From an uncultured Gammaproteobacteria bacterium (lineage in GTDB: Bacteria; Pseudomonadota; Gammaproteobacteria; JAUZRS01), in contig CAZTQX010000001.1 in the NCBI GenBank assembly GCA_964615985.1, positions 18,978-82,977 on the forward strand: a stretch of DNA of 64,000 nucleotides. Direction: 5' to 3'. Each line of letters starts with the position of its first letter. Position 1 is the stretch's first letter. The translations under genes were made by a program, and so were the position numbers. The notes below the pieces were generated by a model, which saw only the letters and a list, made by a program, of their open reading frames with translations, did not search any database and had not been told where the DNA came from. Below are positions 1 through 10,461 of this stretch, piece by piece.

Positions 1-2
1 GT

Positions 3-131
3 TTGACCTTGCCGTTGATGAGTTACGGTGGCAGCAGTACCTTGGTGATGTGTTTGGTGATCGGTCTGTTGTTGCGGGTTTATCATGAATTGCCGATAGA
101 GAGTGTTAGGTCAGAGGAGCAACAGCTGTGA
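3..131 (+). CDS. ftsW: FtsW/RodA-family lipid II flippase, C-terminal fragment (gene starts upstream of window)
   Basis: In-frame translation ends ...GGSSTLVMCLVIGLLLRVYHELPIESVRSEEQQL*, a typical FtsW C-terminus. Its stop overlaps the murG start, as expected for dcw synteny. Confidence 0.55.
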   Translation: MTLPLMSYGGSSTLVMCLVIGLLLRVYHELPIESVRSEEQQL

Positions 132-1243
132 GTGAGACACCTTCCGCAAAAAAGAAGCAACCAATCCTGATTATGGCCGGTGGCACCGGTGGCCATGTTT
201 TTCCTGCTTTGGCGGTGGCGCTGCGCTTGTGTGAGCTGGGTCAAGATATTGTCTGGATGGGCACACATCACGGAATAGAAGCAAAAGTGATACCAAATGC
301 TGGTATTGAGATGGAGTGGATCAGCATCTCAGGTTTGCGTGGTCAGGGGCGATTGGCTTTGCTGTTGGCTCCGTTTCGTCTGCTTAAAGCGTGTTGGCAG
401 GCGGGGCAAATTTTGCGTCGTCGTCGGCCTTCGCTGGTGCTGGGCATGGGCGGTTTTGTCTCAGGGCCGGGTGGTTTGATGAGTTGGTTGTTGCGCAAAC
501 CGTTGCTGATTCATGAGCAAAATGCGGTGGTTGGTCTGACCAATACTCTGTTGGCACGTTTGGCAACTCAGCCTATTGAGGCCTTTCCAAAGGCGTTTCC
601 CGCCGCGCGTCAAGCGCTCTGTCTGGGCAATCCGCTGCGCTCTGAAGTGACCGTTTTGCCTGAACCGAAAGTACGTTTTCAAGGACGAGACGAATCGGTA
701 CGCCGTCTGTTTGTTGTCGGCGGCAGTCAGGGGGCGCTGATTTTCAATCGTGATTTGCCGGAGTTGTTGGCGGCTCTTTCGTTGCCTGAAGGGATTCGCT
801 TGGAGATTCGTCATCAAGCGGGACAGCGTGGCGTTGAGGTGGCCGAACAGGCTTATCAACAAAGTGGCTTGGATGTCACGGTGTTGCCTTTTATTGAAAA
901 TATGGCAGCAGAGTACGCTTGGGCGGATCTGGTTATTTGTCGTGCTGGTGCGATGACGGTGGCTGAAGTGGCGGCGGTGGGAGTGGCTTCGTTGTTGGTG
1001 CCGTTACCGTCGGCGGTGGACGATCATCAAACTTTGAATGCCCATTATCTCTCTGATGCGGGAGCGGCGTTGCTGGTGGCGCAGGTGGATCTGTTGAGCG
1101 GATCGTTTGGCGCGGATTTGAGTGATTTGTTGGCTGAGCCAGAGCGGTTGTTGCAGATGGCTGTTCGGGCGCGGACGCTGGCAAAATTAGAGGCCACCGA
1201 ATCGGTGGCTAAGGTGTGTTTGGCGTTGAGAGATGAGTCTTAA
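128..1243 (+). CDS. murG: UDP-N-acetylglucosamine:N-acetylmuramyl-(pentapeptide) pyrophosphoryl-undecaprenol GlcNAc transferase
   Basis: 371 aa. N-terminal ILIMAGGTGGHVFPALAVA is the MurG G-loop. GTG start. Sits between ftsW and murC. Confidence 0.93.
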   Translation: MSETPSAKKKQPILIMAGGTGGHVFPALAVALRLCELGQDIVWMGTHHGIEAKVIPNAGIEMEWISISGLRGQGRLALLLAPFRLLKACWQAGQILRRRRPSLVLGMGGFVSGPGGLMSWLLRKPLLIHEQNAVVGLTNTLLARLATQPIEAFPKAFPAARQALCLGNPLRSEVTVLPEPKVRFQGRDESVRRLFVVGGSQGALIFNRDLPELLAALSLPEGIRLEIRHQAGQRGVEVAEQAYQQSGLDVTVLPFIENMAAEYAWADLVICRAGAMTVAEVAAVGVASLLVPLPSAVDDHQTLNAHYLSDAGAALLVAQVDLLSGSFGADLSDLLAEPERLLQMAVRARTLAKLEATESVAKVCLALRDES

Positions 1244-1246
1244 ACT

Positions 1247-2674
1247 ATGAATGTGCAGATGGCCTTACCCCACAGTTTACGCCGCGTTAAACGCATCCAT
1301 TTTGTCGGTATCGGTGGTGTCGGTATGGGTGGCATTGCCGAGGTGTTGCTTAACTTGGGTTATGAGGTGAGCGGTTCCGATCAGGCGGAAAATGGCTTGA
1401 CCGAGCGTCTGGTCACGTTGGGTGCGACGGTGTTTGTTGGCCATGCGGCGGAGCAGATTGACGGCGTGGATGTGGTGGTGGCTTCCACCGCGATTCCGCG
1501 TCAAAACCCAGAGATTGCTGCGGCCAGACAGCAGCGTATTCCGCTGGTGCGTCGCGCTGAAATGCTGGCGGAGTTGATGCGTTTTCGTCACGGCATTGCG
1601 GTGGCTGGAACCCACGGCAAAACCACCGTCACCAGTTTGGTGGCCAGCTTGCTGGCAGAGGGGGGCTTGGATCCGACGTATGTGATCGGTGGTCGTCTGA
1701 ACAGTTCGGCCAGCAACGCTCGTTTGGGCAGTGGTGATTACTTGGTGGCTGAGGCGGATGAGAGCGATGCCTCTTTTTTGCATCTGCAGCCGATGATCTC
1801 CATTGTCACCAACATTGATGCGGATCACTTGGCCACTTACGAGGGGGATTTTTCGCGTCTGAAACACGCTTTTGTGGAGTTTTTGCACAATCTGCCTTTT
1901 TACGGTTTGGCGGTGCTGTGCATTGATGATCCGGTGGTGCTGGAGATCAGTAAGCGGGTTTCGCGCCCGATTCTCTCTTACGGCTTTTCTGCACAGGCGG
2001 ACGTGCGTGCGGTAAATCTCTCTCAGCGGGGAGGAGTAAGTTATTTTGATGTACGGTTGCCCAAGGGCAAAAAGATTGAGTCGCTGGCGTTGAATCTGCC
2101 TGGCAGACACAATGTTTTGAATGCACTGGCGGCGATTGCGGTGGCGCATGAGTTATCGGTCTCGGTGCAGGCGATGCATGCTGCGCTGTCGGGTTTTGAG
2201 GGGATTTCACGCCGTTTTCAGAGTTACGGTGAGCTGCAATCGGGGCAGGGTTCGGTGTTGTTGTTGGATGATTACGGCCATCATCCGACGGAGATTGCGG
2301 CGACTTTGGAGGCAGTGCAGGCGGGTTGGCCGGATCGGCGTTTGGTGTTGGCTTTTCAGCCGCATCGCTTCAGTCGTACTCGTGATCTGTTTGATGATTT
2401 TACCCAGGTGTTAAGTCAGAGTTCGGTGGCGGTGCTGCTGCTGTGTGAAGTTTACCCGGCGGGAGAGAAACCGATTGCGGGTGCTGATGGTCGAGCGCTT
2501 TGTCAGGCGGTGCGTTCCCGTGGGGTGGTTAATCCGATTTTTGTGGAGGAGCTGTTTTCTCTGCCGGAGGTGTTGCAAGGGGTGTTGCAGGAGAACGATC
2601 TGTTGCTGACTTTGGGCGCGGGCAATATCGGTGCCTTGTCGGCTTCGTTGAGCGATGCTTGGCAGATTCGCTGA
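1247..2674 (+). CDS. murC: UDP-N-acetylmuramate--L-alanine ligase
   Basis: 475 aa with the Mur ligase motifs [18 protein letters not shown] and [10 protein letters not shown]. Confidence 0.93.
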   Translation: MNVQMALPHSLRRVKRIHFVGIGGVGMGGIAEVLLNLGYEVSGSDQAENGLTERLVTLGATVFVGHAAEQIDGVDVVVASTAIPRQNPEIAAARQQRIPLVRRAEMLAELMRFRHGIAVAGTHGKTTVTSLVASLLAEGGLDPTYVIGGRLNSSASNARLGSGDYLVAEADESDASFLHLQPMISIVTNIDADHLATYEGDFSRLKHAFVEFLHNLPFYGLAVLCIDDPVVLEISKRVSRPILSYGFSAQADVRAVNLSQRGGVSYFDVRLPKGKKIESLALNLPGRHNVLNALAAIAVAHELSVSVQAMHAALSGFEGISRRFQSYGELQSGQGSVLLLDDYGHHPTEIAATLEAVQAGWPDRRLVLAFQPHRFSRTRDLFDDFTQVLSQSSVAVLLLCEVYPAGEKPIAGADGRALCQAVRSRGVVNPIFVEELFSLPEVLQGVLQENDLLLTLGAGNIGALSASLSDAWQIR

Positions 2675-3594
2675 TGTCGGTTTGGATGCGGGATATTTGG
2701 CCAGCGGCAACCGAGAATTACGCTCTGCGAGGCAGTTTATTACTGAACGAACCGATGAGAAAACATATTTCGTGGCGTGTGGGTGGAGCGGCAGAACGTT
2801 ATTATCGACCGGCAGATGAAGAGGATCTACAGGCGTTTTTGGCCGCCTTGCCAGAGGATGAGCCGCTCTTTTTCTTAGGGTTGGGTAGTAATTTGTTGGT
2901 GCGCGATGGCGGCATCGCTGGAACCGTGATTGCGATGCAAGGCGTTTTAAATCGGATGGAATTGCTTTCAAATACGAAGGTGTTGCTGGGTGCGGGGGCA
3001 AGTTGTGCTAAAGTCGCGCGCTTTTGTGGCCAGCATGGTGTTCTAGGCGGTGAGTTTTTGGCCGGTATTCCCGGTACCGTGGGCGGTGCGCTGGCAATGA
3101 ATGCCGGTGCTTTTGGCTCTGAAACGTGGCAGTGGGTGGATAAAGTTTACACTCTGGATCGTGCCGGTGAGCGCCATTGTCGTCAGCCCGATGAGTATGA
3201 GATCGCCTATCGTCATGTCAAAGGGGCGGAGCAGGAGTGGTTTGTGGCCGTTGAGATGAATTTTCAGCATTCGACGGAGCTGCCGGTAACGCCAATAAAA
3301 ACCCTGTTGGCCAAACGTTCTGCCAGTCAGCCCATTGGCGAGGCCAGTTGCGGCTCGGTGTTTCGTAATCCTGTGGGGGATTATGCGGCACGTTTGATTG
3401 AGGTTTCAGGCTTGAAGGGTTTTGTCTTGGGTGGTGCGGTGGTTTCTGAAAAACACGCTAACTTTATTATTAACCGAGGGAATGCTCGTGCAGCGGAGAT
3501 TGAGGCGTTGATTGCTCATGTGCAGCGCGTGGTTTTAGAACAACAAGGGGTGCGGTTGCAGCCTGAAGTTCGCATGGTGGGAGTTGGGTTGTGA
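2659..3594 (+). CDS. murB: UDP-N-acetylenolpyruvoylglucosamine reductase
   Basis: 311 aa FAD-binding MurB ([26 protein letters not shown]). The start is ambiguous and overlaps the murC end by 16 nt. Confidence 0.88.
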   Translation: MADSLMSVWMRDIWPAATENYALRGSLLLNEPMRKHISWRVGGAAERYYRPADEEDLQAFLAALPEDEPLFFLGLGSNLLVRDGGIAGTVIAMQGVLNRMELLSNTKVLLGAGASCAKVARFCGQHGVLGGEFLAGIPGTVGGALAMNAGAFGSETWQWVDKVYTLDRAGERHCRQPDEYEIAYRHVKGAEQEWFVAVEMNFQHSTELPVTPIKTLLAKRSASQPIGEASCGSVFRNPVGDYAARLIEVSGLKGFVLGGAVVSEKHANFIINRGNARAAEIEALIAHVQRVVLEQQGVRLQPEVRMVGVGL

Positions 3595-4520
3595 AGCATA
3601 TTTTGCCAACAGCAGAGGAGATTCGGGCGCTGGGTAAGGTGGCGATTTTGATGGGCGGTTGGTCGGCAGAACGTGAGGTTTCACTGCGCAGTGGGGCGGC
3701 GGTGTTGGCGGCATTGCTGCGTTCGGGGGTTGATGCACATGCTGTGGACTTCCAACGTGATGGTCTCAATGAGTTGGCGCCGAGTGGCTTTGATCGGGTT
3801 TTTGTGATGATGCACGGGCGCGGCGGTGAAGACGGTCAGTTGCAGGGTGCATTGGAGATCATGCAGTTGCCTTACACCGGCAGTGGTATTTTGGGTTCAG
3901 CTCTTGGGATGGATAAGCAGCGTTGTAAGCAGATTTGGAAGGGTTTGGAGTTGCCAACACCTGATTGGATGGCCTTGCAGCATGAGGATGATTGTCCGGC
4001 GGTGATGGCTCAGCTGGGCTTGTCGTTGATGGTGAAACCGGCTCTGGAGGGGTCGAGCATTGGTATCAGCAAAGTACACTCGTTGCAGGAGTTGCTTGAC
4101 GGTTACAGAGTTGCTGCTGAATATGGTGAGGTGATGGCTGAGCAGTTTGTGGCTGGTGAAGAGTACACCGTGGCGATTTTGAACGGTGAAGCGTTGCCGG
4201 TGATTCGTCTACAGACACCTAACCAATTTTACGATTACGAGGCGAAATATTTATCAGAAGATACCTCGTATCACTGTCCAGCGGGTCTCTCTGCGGTGGC
4301 AGAGAAGGAGATGCAAACGTTGGCGTTGTTGGCGTTTGAGGGTATTGGTGCGGGTGGTTGGGGGCGAGTTGATTTTATGCGTGATGGCTTGGGTCAAGCG
4401 TGGTTGATTGAAGCCAATACTGTGCCTGGAATGACGGATCACAGTTTGGTGCCGATGGCGGCAAAGGCGTTTGGTTTGAGCTTTGATGAACTGGTTTTGT
4501 CTATATTGTGCGCTAAGTGA
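3591..4520 (+). CDS. ddl: D-alanine--D-alanine ligase
   Basis: 309 aa ATP-grasp protein ([36 protein letters not shown]). Confidence 0.92.
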   Translation: MKHILPTAEEIRALGKVAILMGGWSAEREVSLRSGAAVLAALLRSGVDAHAVDFQRDGLNELAPSGFDRVFVMMHGRGGEDGQLQGALEIMQLPYTGSGILGSALGMDKQRCKQIWKGLELPTPDWMALQHEDDCPAVMAQLGLSLMVKPALEGSSIGISKVHSLQELLDGYRVAAEYGEVMAEQFVAGEEYTVAILNGEALPVIRLQTPNQFYDYEAKYLSEDTSYHCPAGLSAVAEKEMQTLALLAFEGIGAGGWGRVDFMRDGLGQAWLIEANTVPGMTDHSLVPMAAKAFGLSFDELVLSILCAK

Positions 4521-4543
4521 GAAATATATGATTTGGGCGCGTT

Positions 4544-5305
4544 ATGATGTCGATTGATGTATTAAGTTCAAACAGTATGGATAGACGTGCGTTTTTTGCT
4601 ACTTTGTTGAAAACAGTGTTGCTGCTGGTGGTCGTGGCATTGGTGTTTTGGGCTGGGCGTGTGGCAGATGATGCACGGCGTTTTCCAGTTAACTCGGTAA
4701 AAGTGGAGGGGGAATTGAAGCATTTGAACCGAGAGGAGCTGCAGCGGGTGGTGGGTCGTTTTATGGATAGCAGCTTTTTTGTTTTGGATTTGAACGCTTT
4801 ACGAGGTGCATTGCAACGCATGTCATGGATTAAAACTGTTGCAGTGCGTAGAATTTGGCCTGATACGGTGCATCTTTATGTGACCGAGCATCGGCCAGTG
4901 GCTTATTGGAATGAGCATGAGTTATTGAGTGATGAAGGGGTTTTATTTGCACCTCGGTCACCGATAGATGAGGGTTTGTTGTTGGATACACTGCCTGTAT
5001 TGCAGGGGCCGGTGAATCATCAGCAGCAGGTCATGAGTCATTTTCATCGTTTTAATGCGGTTGTCGGCTTAATGGGTTTTGAAATTCGTCGAATTGTGCA
5101 AAATGAGCGTCGTTCATGGTTACTGGAATTGAACAACGGTATGAAAATTTATCTTGGTCGGACTCAAATGATACAACGTCTGCGGCGTTTGATTTGGGCT
5201 TATCAGGTATTAAAAACACGATTTTTAGGGGTTGTGAGTGTGGATTTACGTTATACAAACGGTTTTTCTGTGCAGTGGAAGCCTAAGCAGCTGGAGCCAT
5301 CTTAG
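4544..5305 (+). CDS. ftsQ: cell division protein FtsQ (POTRA domain)
   Basis: 253 aa with an N-terminal TM helix and a POTRA-like core. Located between ddl and ftsA. Confidence 0.85.
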   Translation: MMSIDVLSSNSMDRRAFFATLLKTVLLLVVVALVFWAGRVADDARRFPVNSVKVEGELKHLNREELQRVVGRFMDSSFFVLDLNALRGALQRMSWIKTVAVRRIWPDTVHLYVTEHRPVAYWNEHELLSDEGVLFAPRSPIDEGLLLDTLPVLQGPVNHQQQVMSHFHRFNAVVGLMGFEIRRIVQNERRSWLLELNNGMKIYLGRTQMIQRLRRLIWAYQVLKTRFLGVVSVDLRYTNGFSVQWKPKQLEPS

Positions 5306-5319
5306 GAGCATGTGTACAA

Positions 5320-6552
5320 ATGTCTAAAGTAGGTGAAAAACGCATTATAGTGGGTCTGGATATCGGTACCTCAAAGGTGAGTGCCATTGTGGGTGAGGCC
5401 GGTTATGAAGGTATTGAGATTATTGGTATCGGAACCCATCCCTCGCGAGGGCTGAAGAAAGGGGTGGTGGTCAACATTGAGGCGACGGTTCACTCCATTA
5501 AACGTGCAGTTGAAGAGGCTGAATTGATGGCTGGCTGTCAGGTGACCTCGGTGTTTACCGGCATTGCAGGCAGTCATATTAAGGGTTTGAATTCTCATGG
5601 GATTGTGGCCATTAAGGATCGTGAGGTAGGCACATTTGATGTGGGACGTGTGATTGAAGCCGCAAAGGCTGTGGCGATTCCTGCAGATCAACGCATTATT
5701 CATGTGTTGCCACAAGAATTTGTGATTGATAATCAAGATGGCATTCGTGAACCCGTTGGTATGTCTGGGGTGCGTTTAGAGGCTAAAGTGCATTTAGTGA
5801 CGGGAGCTGTCAGTGCAGCCCAAAATATTATTAAGTGTGTTCGGCGCTGTGGTTTAGAAGTGGATGACATCATTCTTGAGCAATTGGCTTCAAGTTATGC
5901 GGTCTTGACCGACGATGAAAAAGACTTAGGTGTCTGTTTGGTTGATATTGGTGGTGGTACGACGGACATTGCGGTTTTTAACGAAGGTGCGATTCGGCAT
6001 ACGGCGGTGATTCCCATTGCGGGTGATCAGGTGACCAATGACATTGCGGTGGCACTGCGTACACCGACGCAAAATGCAGAAGACATTAAAATTAAATACG
6101 CTTGTGCTCTAAGACAATTGGTTGGAGCAGATGAGAATATTGAGGTGTCAGGGGTGGGTGACCGTCCTTCGCGGCGTTTGGCTCGCCAGACTTTGGCTGA
6201 TGTTGTTGAACCCCGTTATGAAGAGTTGATGAATTTAGTGCAGGTGGAGTTGCGGCGCAGCGGTTTCGAGGATATTGTTGGAGCAGGCATTGTTTTGACG
6301 GGTGGAAGCTCCAAGATGGAAGGGGTTATTGAATTGGCGGAAGAGGTTTTTCATATGCCTGTGCGGTTGGGGTTACCACAGCAGGTTTCCGGTTTAACGG
6401 ATGTCGTCAGTAATCCAATTCATGCTACGGGTGTCGGGTTATTGCAATTTGGTTACCATAATCGGATGGATATTGGTTTAGAGTCTGATCAGGATGGCGA
6501 ATCGTCCACGATATGGAATCGAATGAAATCCTGGTTTAAAGGCAATTTTTAA
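5320..6552 (+). CDS. ftsA: cell division protein FtsA (actin-like ATPase)
   Basis: 410 aa. IVGLDIGTSKVSAIVGE and VDIGGGTTDIAVF are the actin-fold phosphate motifs. Confidence 0.94.
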   Translation: MSKVGEKRIIVGLDIGTSKVSAIVGEAGYEGIEIIGIGTHPSRGLKKGVVVNIEATVHSIKRAVEEAELMAGCQVTSVFTGIAGSHIKGLNSHGIVAIKDREVGTFDVGRVIEAAKAVAIPADQRIIHVLPQEFVIDNQDGIREPVGMSGVRLEAKVHLVTGAVSAAQNIIKCVRRCGLEVDDIILEQLASSYAVLTDDEKDLGVCLVDIGGGTTDIAVFNEGAIRHTAVIPIAGDQVTNDIAVALRTPTQNAEDIKIKYACALRQLVGADENIEVSGVGDRPSRRLARQTLADVVEPRYEELMNLVQVELRRSGFEDIVGAGIVLTGGSSKMEGVIELAEEVFHMPVRLGLPQQVSGLTDVVSNPIHATGVGLLQFGYHNRMDIGLESDQDGESSTIWNRMKSWFKGNF

Positions 6553-6614
6553 GCTAAATTTTATGAGTATAATTTCGCATTAAGCGATGTGCTAAACAGC
6601 ACGAGGAGAGAGAC

Positions 6615-7757
6615 ATGTTCGAATTAGAAGATTCCTACGTCCAGAACGCAGTGATTAAGGTGATCGGTGTTGGCGGTGGTGGTGGGAATGCGGTCGAGCA
6701 TATGGTTCGTTCTAATATTGAGGGCGTGGAGTTTATTTGTGTTAATACGGATGCTCAAGCACTGAAGAACTTATCAGCTAAAACCACGTTTCAGATCGGC
6801 TCAAGCATTACCAAAGGATTGGGTGCTGGGGCAAATTCGGAGACCGGTCGACAAGCAGCACATGAAGATCGAGAGCGTATTCAAGAGATTATTGAAGGCA
6901 CGGATATGCTTTTCATTACCGCTGGCATGGGCGGCGGAACCGGTACCGGAGCGGCTCCGGTTATCGCTCAGTTGGCCAAAGAGTTAGGTATTTTGACCGT
7001 GGCTGTCGTTACCAAACCCTTTCCTTTTGAAGGTAAAAAGCGGATGAAATCCGCTTCGATTGGTATTGAAGAGCTGGCACAGCATGTCGATTCTCTTATT
7101 ACAATTCCCAATGAAAAACTGCTGACGGTCTTAGGCGAAAACACCAGTCTTTTGGATGCTTTCAAGGCAGCCAATGACGTCTTGAAAGGTGCCGTTCAAG
7201 GTATTTCAGAGTTAATTACCAATCCAGGTTTGATTAATGTGGATTTTGCCGATGTAAAAACAGTGATGTCAGAGATGGGCATGGCAATGATGGGGTCAGG
7301 TTCGGCAACCGGTGATAATCGTGCCCAAGAAGCGGCGGAAAAAGCGGTATTGAGTCCTTTGTTGGAAGACATCAATCTGGCCGGAGCTAAAGGGATTTTG
7401 GTCAATGTGACCGCCGGTATGGATCTCACCATGAAAGAATTTGCCACGGTGGGTAATACGGTTAAAGAATTTGCTTCTGAGGACGCTGAAGTGGTTGTTG
7501 GTACTTCAATCGAACCTGAGTTGGAAGGTGAGTTGAGAGTCACCGTGGTGGCAACAGGACTAGGTGATGCTTCAGAAGCTGCGGTGCCGGCACGTTCTTT
7601 AAAGCCGGCCAGCAATGGTGAAATGGATTACGGTAAATACGATAAACCAACGGTCATTCGTCATCAAGCAACGGAGATGGGGCGGAAAAAAAGTTCGTCA
7701 GAAATTGATCTAGAGTACCTTGATATTCCTGCTTTTTTGCGTAGGCAAGCCGACTAG
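6615..7757 (+). CDS. ftsZ: cell division GTPase FtsZ
   Basis: 380 aa carrying the tubulin signature GGGTGTGAAPVIA and a conserved C-terminal peptide DIPAFLRRQAD. Confidence 0.96.
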   Translation: MFELEDSYVQNAVIKVIGVGGGGGNAVEHMVRSNIEGVEFICVNTDAQALKNLSAKTTFQIGSSITKGLGAGANSETGRQAAHEDRERIQEIIEGTDMLFITAGMGGGTGTGAAPVIAQLAKELGILTVAVVTKPFPFEGKKRMKSASIGIEELAQHVDSLITIPNEKLLTVLGENTSLLDAFKAANDVLKGAVQGISELITNPGLINVDFADVKTVMSEMGMAMMGSGSATGDNRAQEAAEKAVLSPLLEDINLAGAKGILVNVTAGMDLTMKEFATVGNTVKEFASEDAEVVVGTSIEPELEGELRVTVVATGLGDASEAAVPARSLKPASNGEMDYGKYDKPTVIRHQATEMGRKKSSSEIDLEYLDIPAFLRRQAD

Positions 7758-7930
7758 AAAGTCCTTACTTATTCATTATGTTGTTATTTTTATGGAGATG
7801 TCGGTTTGAATTGGATAGAATCGGCAGCCGCTGGCGTAGTCGTTGGTTCTAGAGAGAACTGTGGAATAGGGAGCAGAATGGAATTTAGGCGCCGCAATAA
7901 CGTGAAACATTGAGCGAGTGAGGTTATCCG

Positions 7931-8854
7931 TTGATTAGGCAACGCACATTAAAGAATAAAATTCATGCCACGGGCGTTGGGTTGCATACGGGAGACAAGG
8001 TCTATTTGACCCTCAGACCAGCGGCAATTGATACCGGTATTGTGTTTCGTCGGGTTGATTTGGAACAAAAAGTTGAGATTAAATCCCACCCATTAAACGT
8101 AGGTAGCACAGAGCTATCAACCACGTTGAGTAATAATGACGGTGTGGTGGTTTCCACTGTGGAGCACCTACTATCTGCCTTGGCGGGTTTAGGAATTGAT
8201 AATGCCTACATTGATCTGAGCGCAGCAGAAGTGCCTATTATGGATGGTAGCTCGGGTCCTTTTGTTTTTCTGATCCAATCGGCTGGCATTGTTGAGCAGG
8301 ATGCAGCAAAAAAATTCATTCGTATAAAAAAGACGATCATCGTTGAAGATGGTGAGAAATGGGCGAAATTAGAGCCATTTGATGGTTTTAAAGTCAGTTT
8401 CACTATCAATTTTAATCATCCGATTTTCAAGGATGTTGATCAAAAAGCCGAGATTGATTTTTCCACCACCTCTTTTGTCAAAGAGGTGAGTCGAGCGCGT
8501 ACCTTTGGTTTTGTAAAAGACATTGAAAAACTACGTCAAAATAATTTGGCTTTGGGTGGCAGTTTGGATAATGCCATTGTTGTGGATGATTGTCGTATTT
8601 TGAACGAAGATGGTCTGCGTTACGAAGATGAGTTCGTTAAGCATAAAATTCTTGATGCCATTGGTGATCTGTACTTACTGGGTTACAGTTTGATTGGCGC
8701 TTTTTCTGGCCATAAATCGGGACATGCCTTGAATAATCGTCTACTAAGATCGTTACTCGAAGACACATCTGCTTGGGAAGAGGTGGTGTTTGAGAATGAG
8801 GCTGATTTGCCCATCTCTTATATAGAGCCCCTTGCAGAGACAGAAACGACTTAA
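7931..8854 (+). CDS. lpxC: UDP-3-O-acyl-N-acetylglucosamine deacetylase
   Basis: 307 aa. [23 protein letters not shown] closely matches the LpxC N-terminus. TTG start. Confidence 0.94.
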   Translation: MIRQRTLKNKIHATGVGLHTGDKVYLTLRPAAIDTGIVFRRVDLEQKVEIKSHPLNVGSTELSTTLSNNDGVVVSTVEHLLSALAGLGIDNAYIDLSAAEVPIMDGSSGPFVFLIQSAGIVEQDAAKKFIRIKKTIIVEDGEKWAKLEPFDGFKVSFTINFNHPIFKDVDQKAEIDFSTTSFVKEVSRARTFGFVKDIEKLRQNNLALGGSLDNAIVVDDCRILNEDGLRYEDEFVKHKILDAIGDLYLLGYSLIGAFSGHKSGHALNNRLLRSLLEDTSAWEEVVFENEADLPISYIEPLAETETT

Positions 8855-9303
8855 AAAGGGTTTTTTCGCTTTTTTGTGGTGTTTTGTCCGACATGCGTTG
8901 CCAGTCGTTGCAGTGATTGGCTGAGCTTGGGGTCATTAATGTTATCGGCTAGGTGTTTTAGCGAAATAGCTGCTTGAGTTGACTTGATAGCAGAACGTTT
9001 TTTTGTCGCCGCTGGTGTTCGTAGGGCGGTTTTTTTTGCCCTGACATTGACCTTAATTGTCTGCAGGTGAATGGCCGCAATTTTGTTTAGGGTGTGGATG
9101 ATTTCTCGATGGTAAAAACGAATGCGTGTTGCCCAGGCAGATGAATCAGCCAGAATTTCTAAGTTTTTCCCGACCAGCTCAATGACTTGGCAGTGTGAAT
9201 GGCACTCTATGGGTAAGCAGTGATGTAGATGTCGGGTTAACATAGTGAGCCGAGATGCTTTTCGTCCTATGTTTTTAGGTACAAGGCGGTAAAGGTTTTG
9301 CAT
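8851..9303 (-). CDS. DUF721/DciA-like protein (putative replicative helicase operator)
   Basis: 150 aa basic protein on the opposite strand between lpxC and the M23 peptidase. Its position and size match the DUF721 gene found between lpxC and secA in Pseudomonas-like genomes. Confidence 0.5.
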   Translation of the reverse strand: MQNLYRLVPKNIGRKASRLTMLTRHLHHCLPIECHSHCQVIELVGKNLEILADSSAWATRIRFYHREIIHTLNKIAAIHLQTIKVNVRAKKTALRTPAATKKRSAIKSTQAAISLKHLADNINDPKLSQSLQRLATHVGQNTTKKRKNPF

Positions 9304-9325
9304 AGCGTAGTTAATAGATTGATTT

Positions 9326-10321
9326 TTGTTTGAGTTTCATAATGAACAGAGTATCCCACAGAAGAAGGTGCTGGCAGTTACTATTTGTTATTGCAACCCT
9401 GTTATGAATATTATTATTTTTACCAAGTCGGGCGCTCGTTCGCGGCAAATCAACTCACCGTTGCAATTTCTCCTATTGGGTTTTCTGTTTTTATCCCTAT
9501 TTGTTACGCCGCTGTATTGGGGGTATCAACTGGGGGTGCATCAAAATCCGAATGAAATGCCTGAGTTGAGTTACGATGAGATTCATCAGCAGCGTGAAAG
9601 TCGCGAGCAGTTGCAGCAGGCGAAATCAGAAGTCACAGCATTGACACGCCATTTGGGGCAGATGCAAGCGTATCTGACCCGTTTGGATGCCTTGGGTGCA
9701 CGTTTGGTTCAAGTGGGGAAATTAGACGATCAAGAGTTTGATTTTAGTCAAGCTCCACCGCTGGGAGGTCCAGTATCTGACCTGATAATGCCTGCGTATA
9801 AAATTTCGGATCTTGCGCAGAGAGCGGCCGCTTTGCAGCAACAGATGCAGCAAAGTGAAGAGATGTTGAGCATTTTAGAAGTGGTGTTGTTGGATCGTCG
9901 TTTGCAAAATGAGATTTTACCCACAGGTCGGCCGATTAAAAAAGGTTGGATGTCATCTGCTTATGGGGTAAGAACCGATCCGTTTTCAGGTAAACCACAG
10001 ATGCACAAAGGCATTGATTTTGCTGGAAAAATGGGTAGTGGGATTTATGCGGTGGCCAGTGGCGTTGTCAGTTGGGCGGGCAAACGCCACGGTTATGGCA
10101 ACATGGTTGAAATTCGCCACGGAAACGGTTACAGCACTCGTTATGCGCACAGTGCTGAAGTGTTGGTGCAAAAAGGCGACCTTGTCAGCCAAGGAGATGA
10201 GGTTGCCAAAATGGGTTCCAGTGGGCGCTCCACAGGGCCTCATGTTCATTTTGAATTGCTGAAAAAAGGCCGTCAGGTTAATCCCGTTAAATTTGTCAAT
10301 GCGCGACGAAAATCTCGTTAA
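9326..10321 (+). CDS. M23 family murein endopeptidase (coiled-coil N-terminus, LytM domain)
   Basis: The C-terminus has the HKGIDFAG and HVHFE zinc-ligand motifs of M23 peptidases. The true start may be the internal Met at 9401 (MNIIIF...). Confidence 0.85.
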   Translation: MFEFHNEQSIPQKKVLAVTICYCNPVMNIIIFTKSGARSRQINSPLQFLLLGFLFLSLFVTPLYWGYQLGVHQNPNEMPELSYDEIHQQRESREQLQQAKSEVTALTRHLGQMQAYLTRLDALGARLVQVGKLDDQEFDFSQAPPLGGPVSDLIMPAYKISDLAQRAAALQQQMQQSEEMLSILEVVLLDRRLQNEILPTGRPIKKGWMSSAYGVRTDPFSGKPQMHKGIDFAGKMGSGIYAVASGVVSWAGKRHGYGNMVEIRHGNGYSTRYAHSAEVLVQKGDLVSQGDEVAKMGSSGRSTGPHVHFELLKKGRQVNPVKFVNARRKSR

Positions 10322-10402
10322 CATCACGATCTGTGCTTAATCCGGTTGGATTCAAGCGCCACAGGTATTACCATACTCCCCTTTTTACCAATGTAACGAT
10401 TT

Positions 10403-10431
10403 CCGTTCAGGCGAGACCCGAACGGTTTTTC
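10403..10431 (+). terminator. hairpin plus T-run between the M23 peptidase gene and secA (terminator or attenuator)
   Basis: CCGTTC-aggcgagaccc-GAACGG followed by TTTTT. It sits 30 nt before the secA ATG. Confidence 0.45.
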
Positions 10432-10461
10432 TATGCTTGAATCTTCACAGGCCGTAACCTC

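Noticed and set aside
1277-2149. 290-aa antisense ORF inside murC. Similar long antisense ORFs appear at 25659-26651 inside nadE, 461-862 inside murG, 12214-12690 inside secA, 37290-37801 inside cheA, 46637-47374 inside the SpeE-like gene, and others.
   Set aside because: Each lies opposite a gene with unambiguous homology and intact motifs. Long stop-free antisense frames are expected at this GC content, and none shows a recognisable domain.
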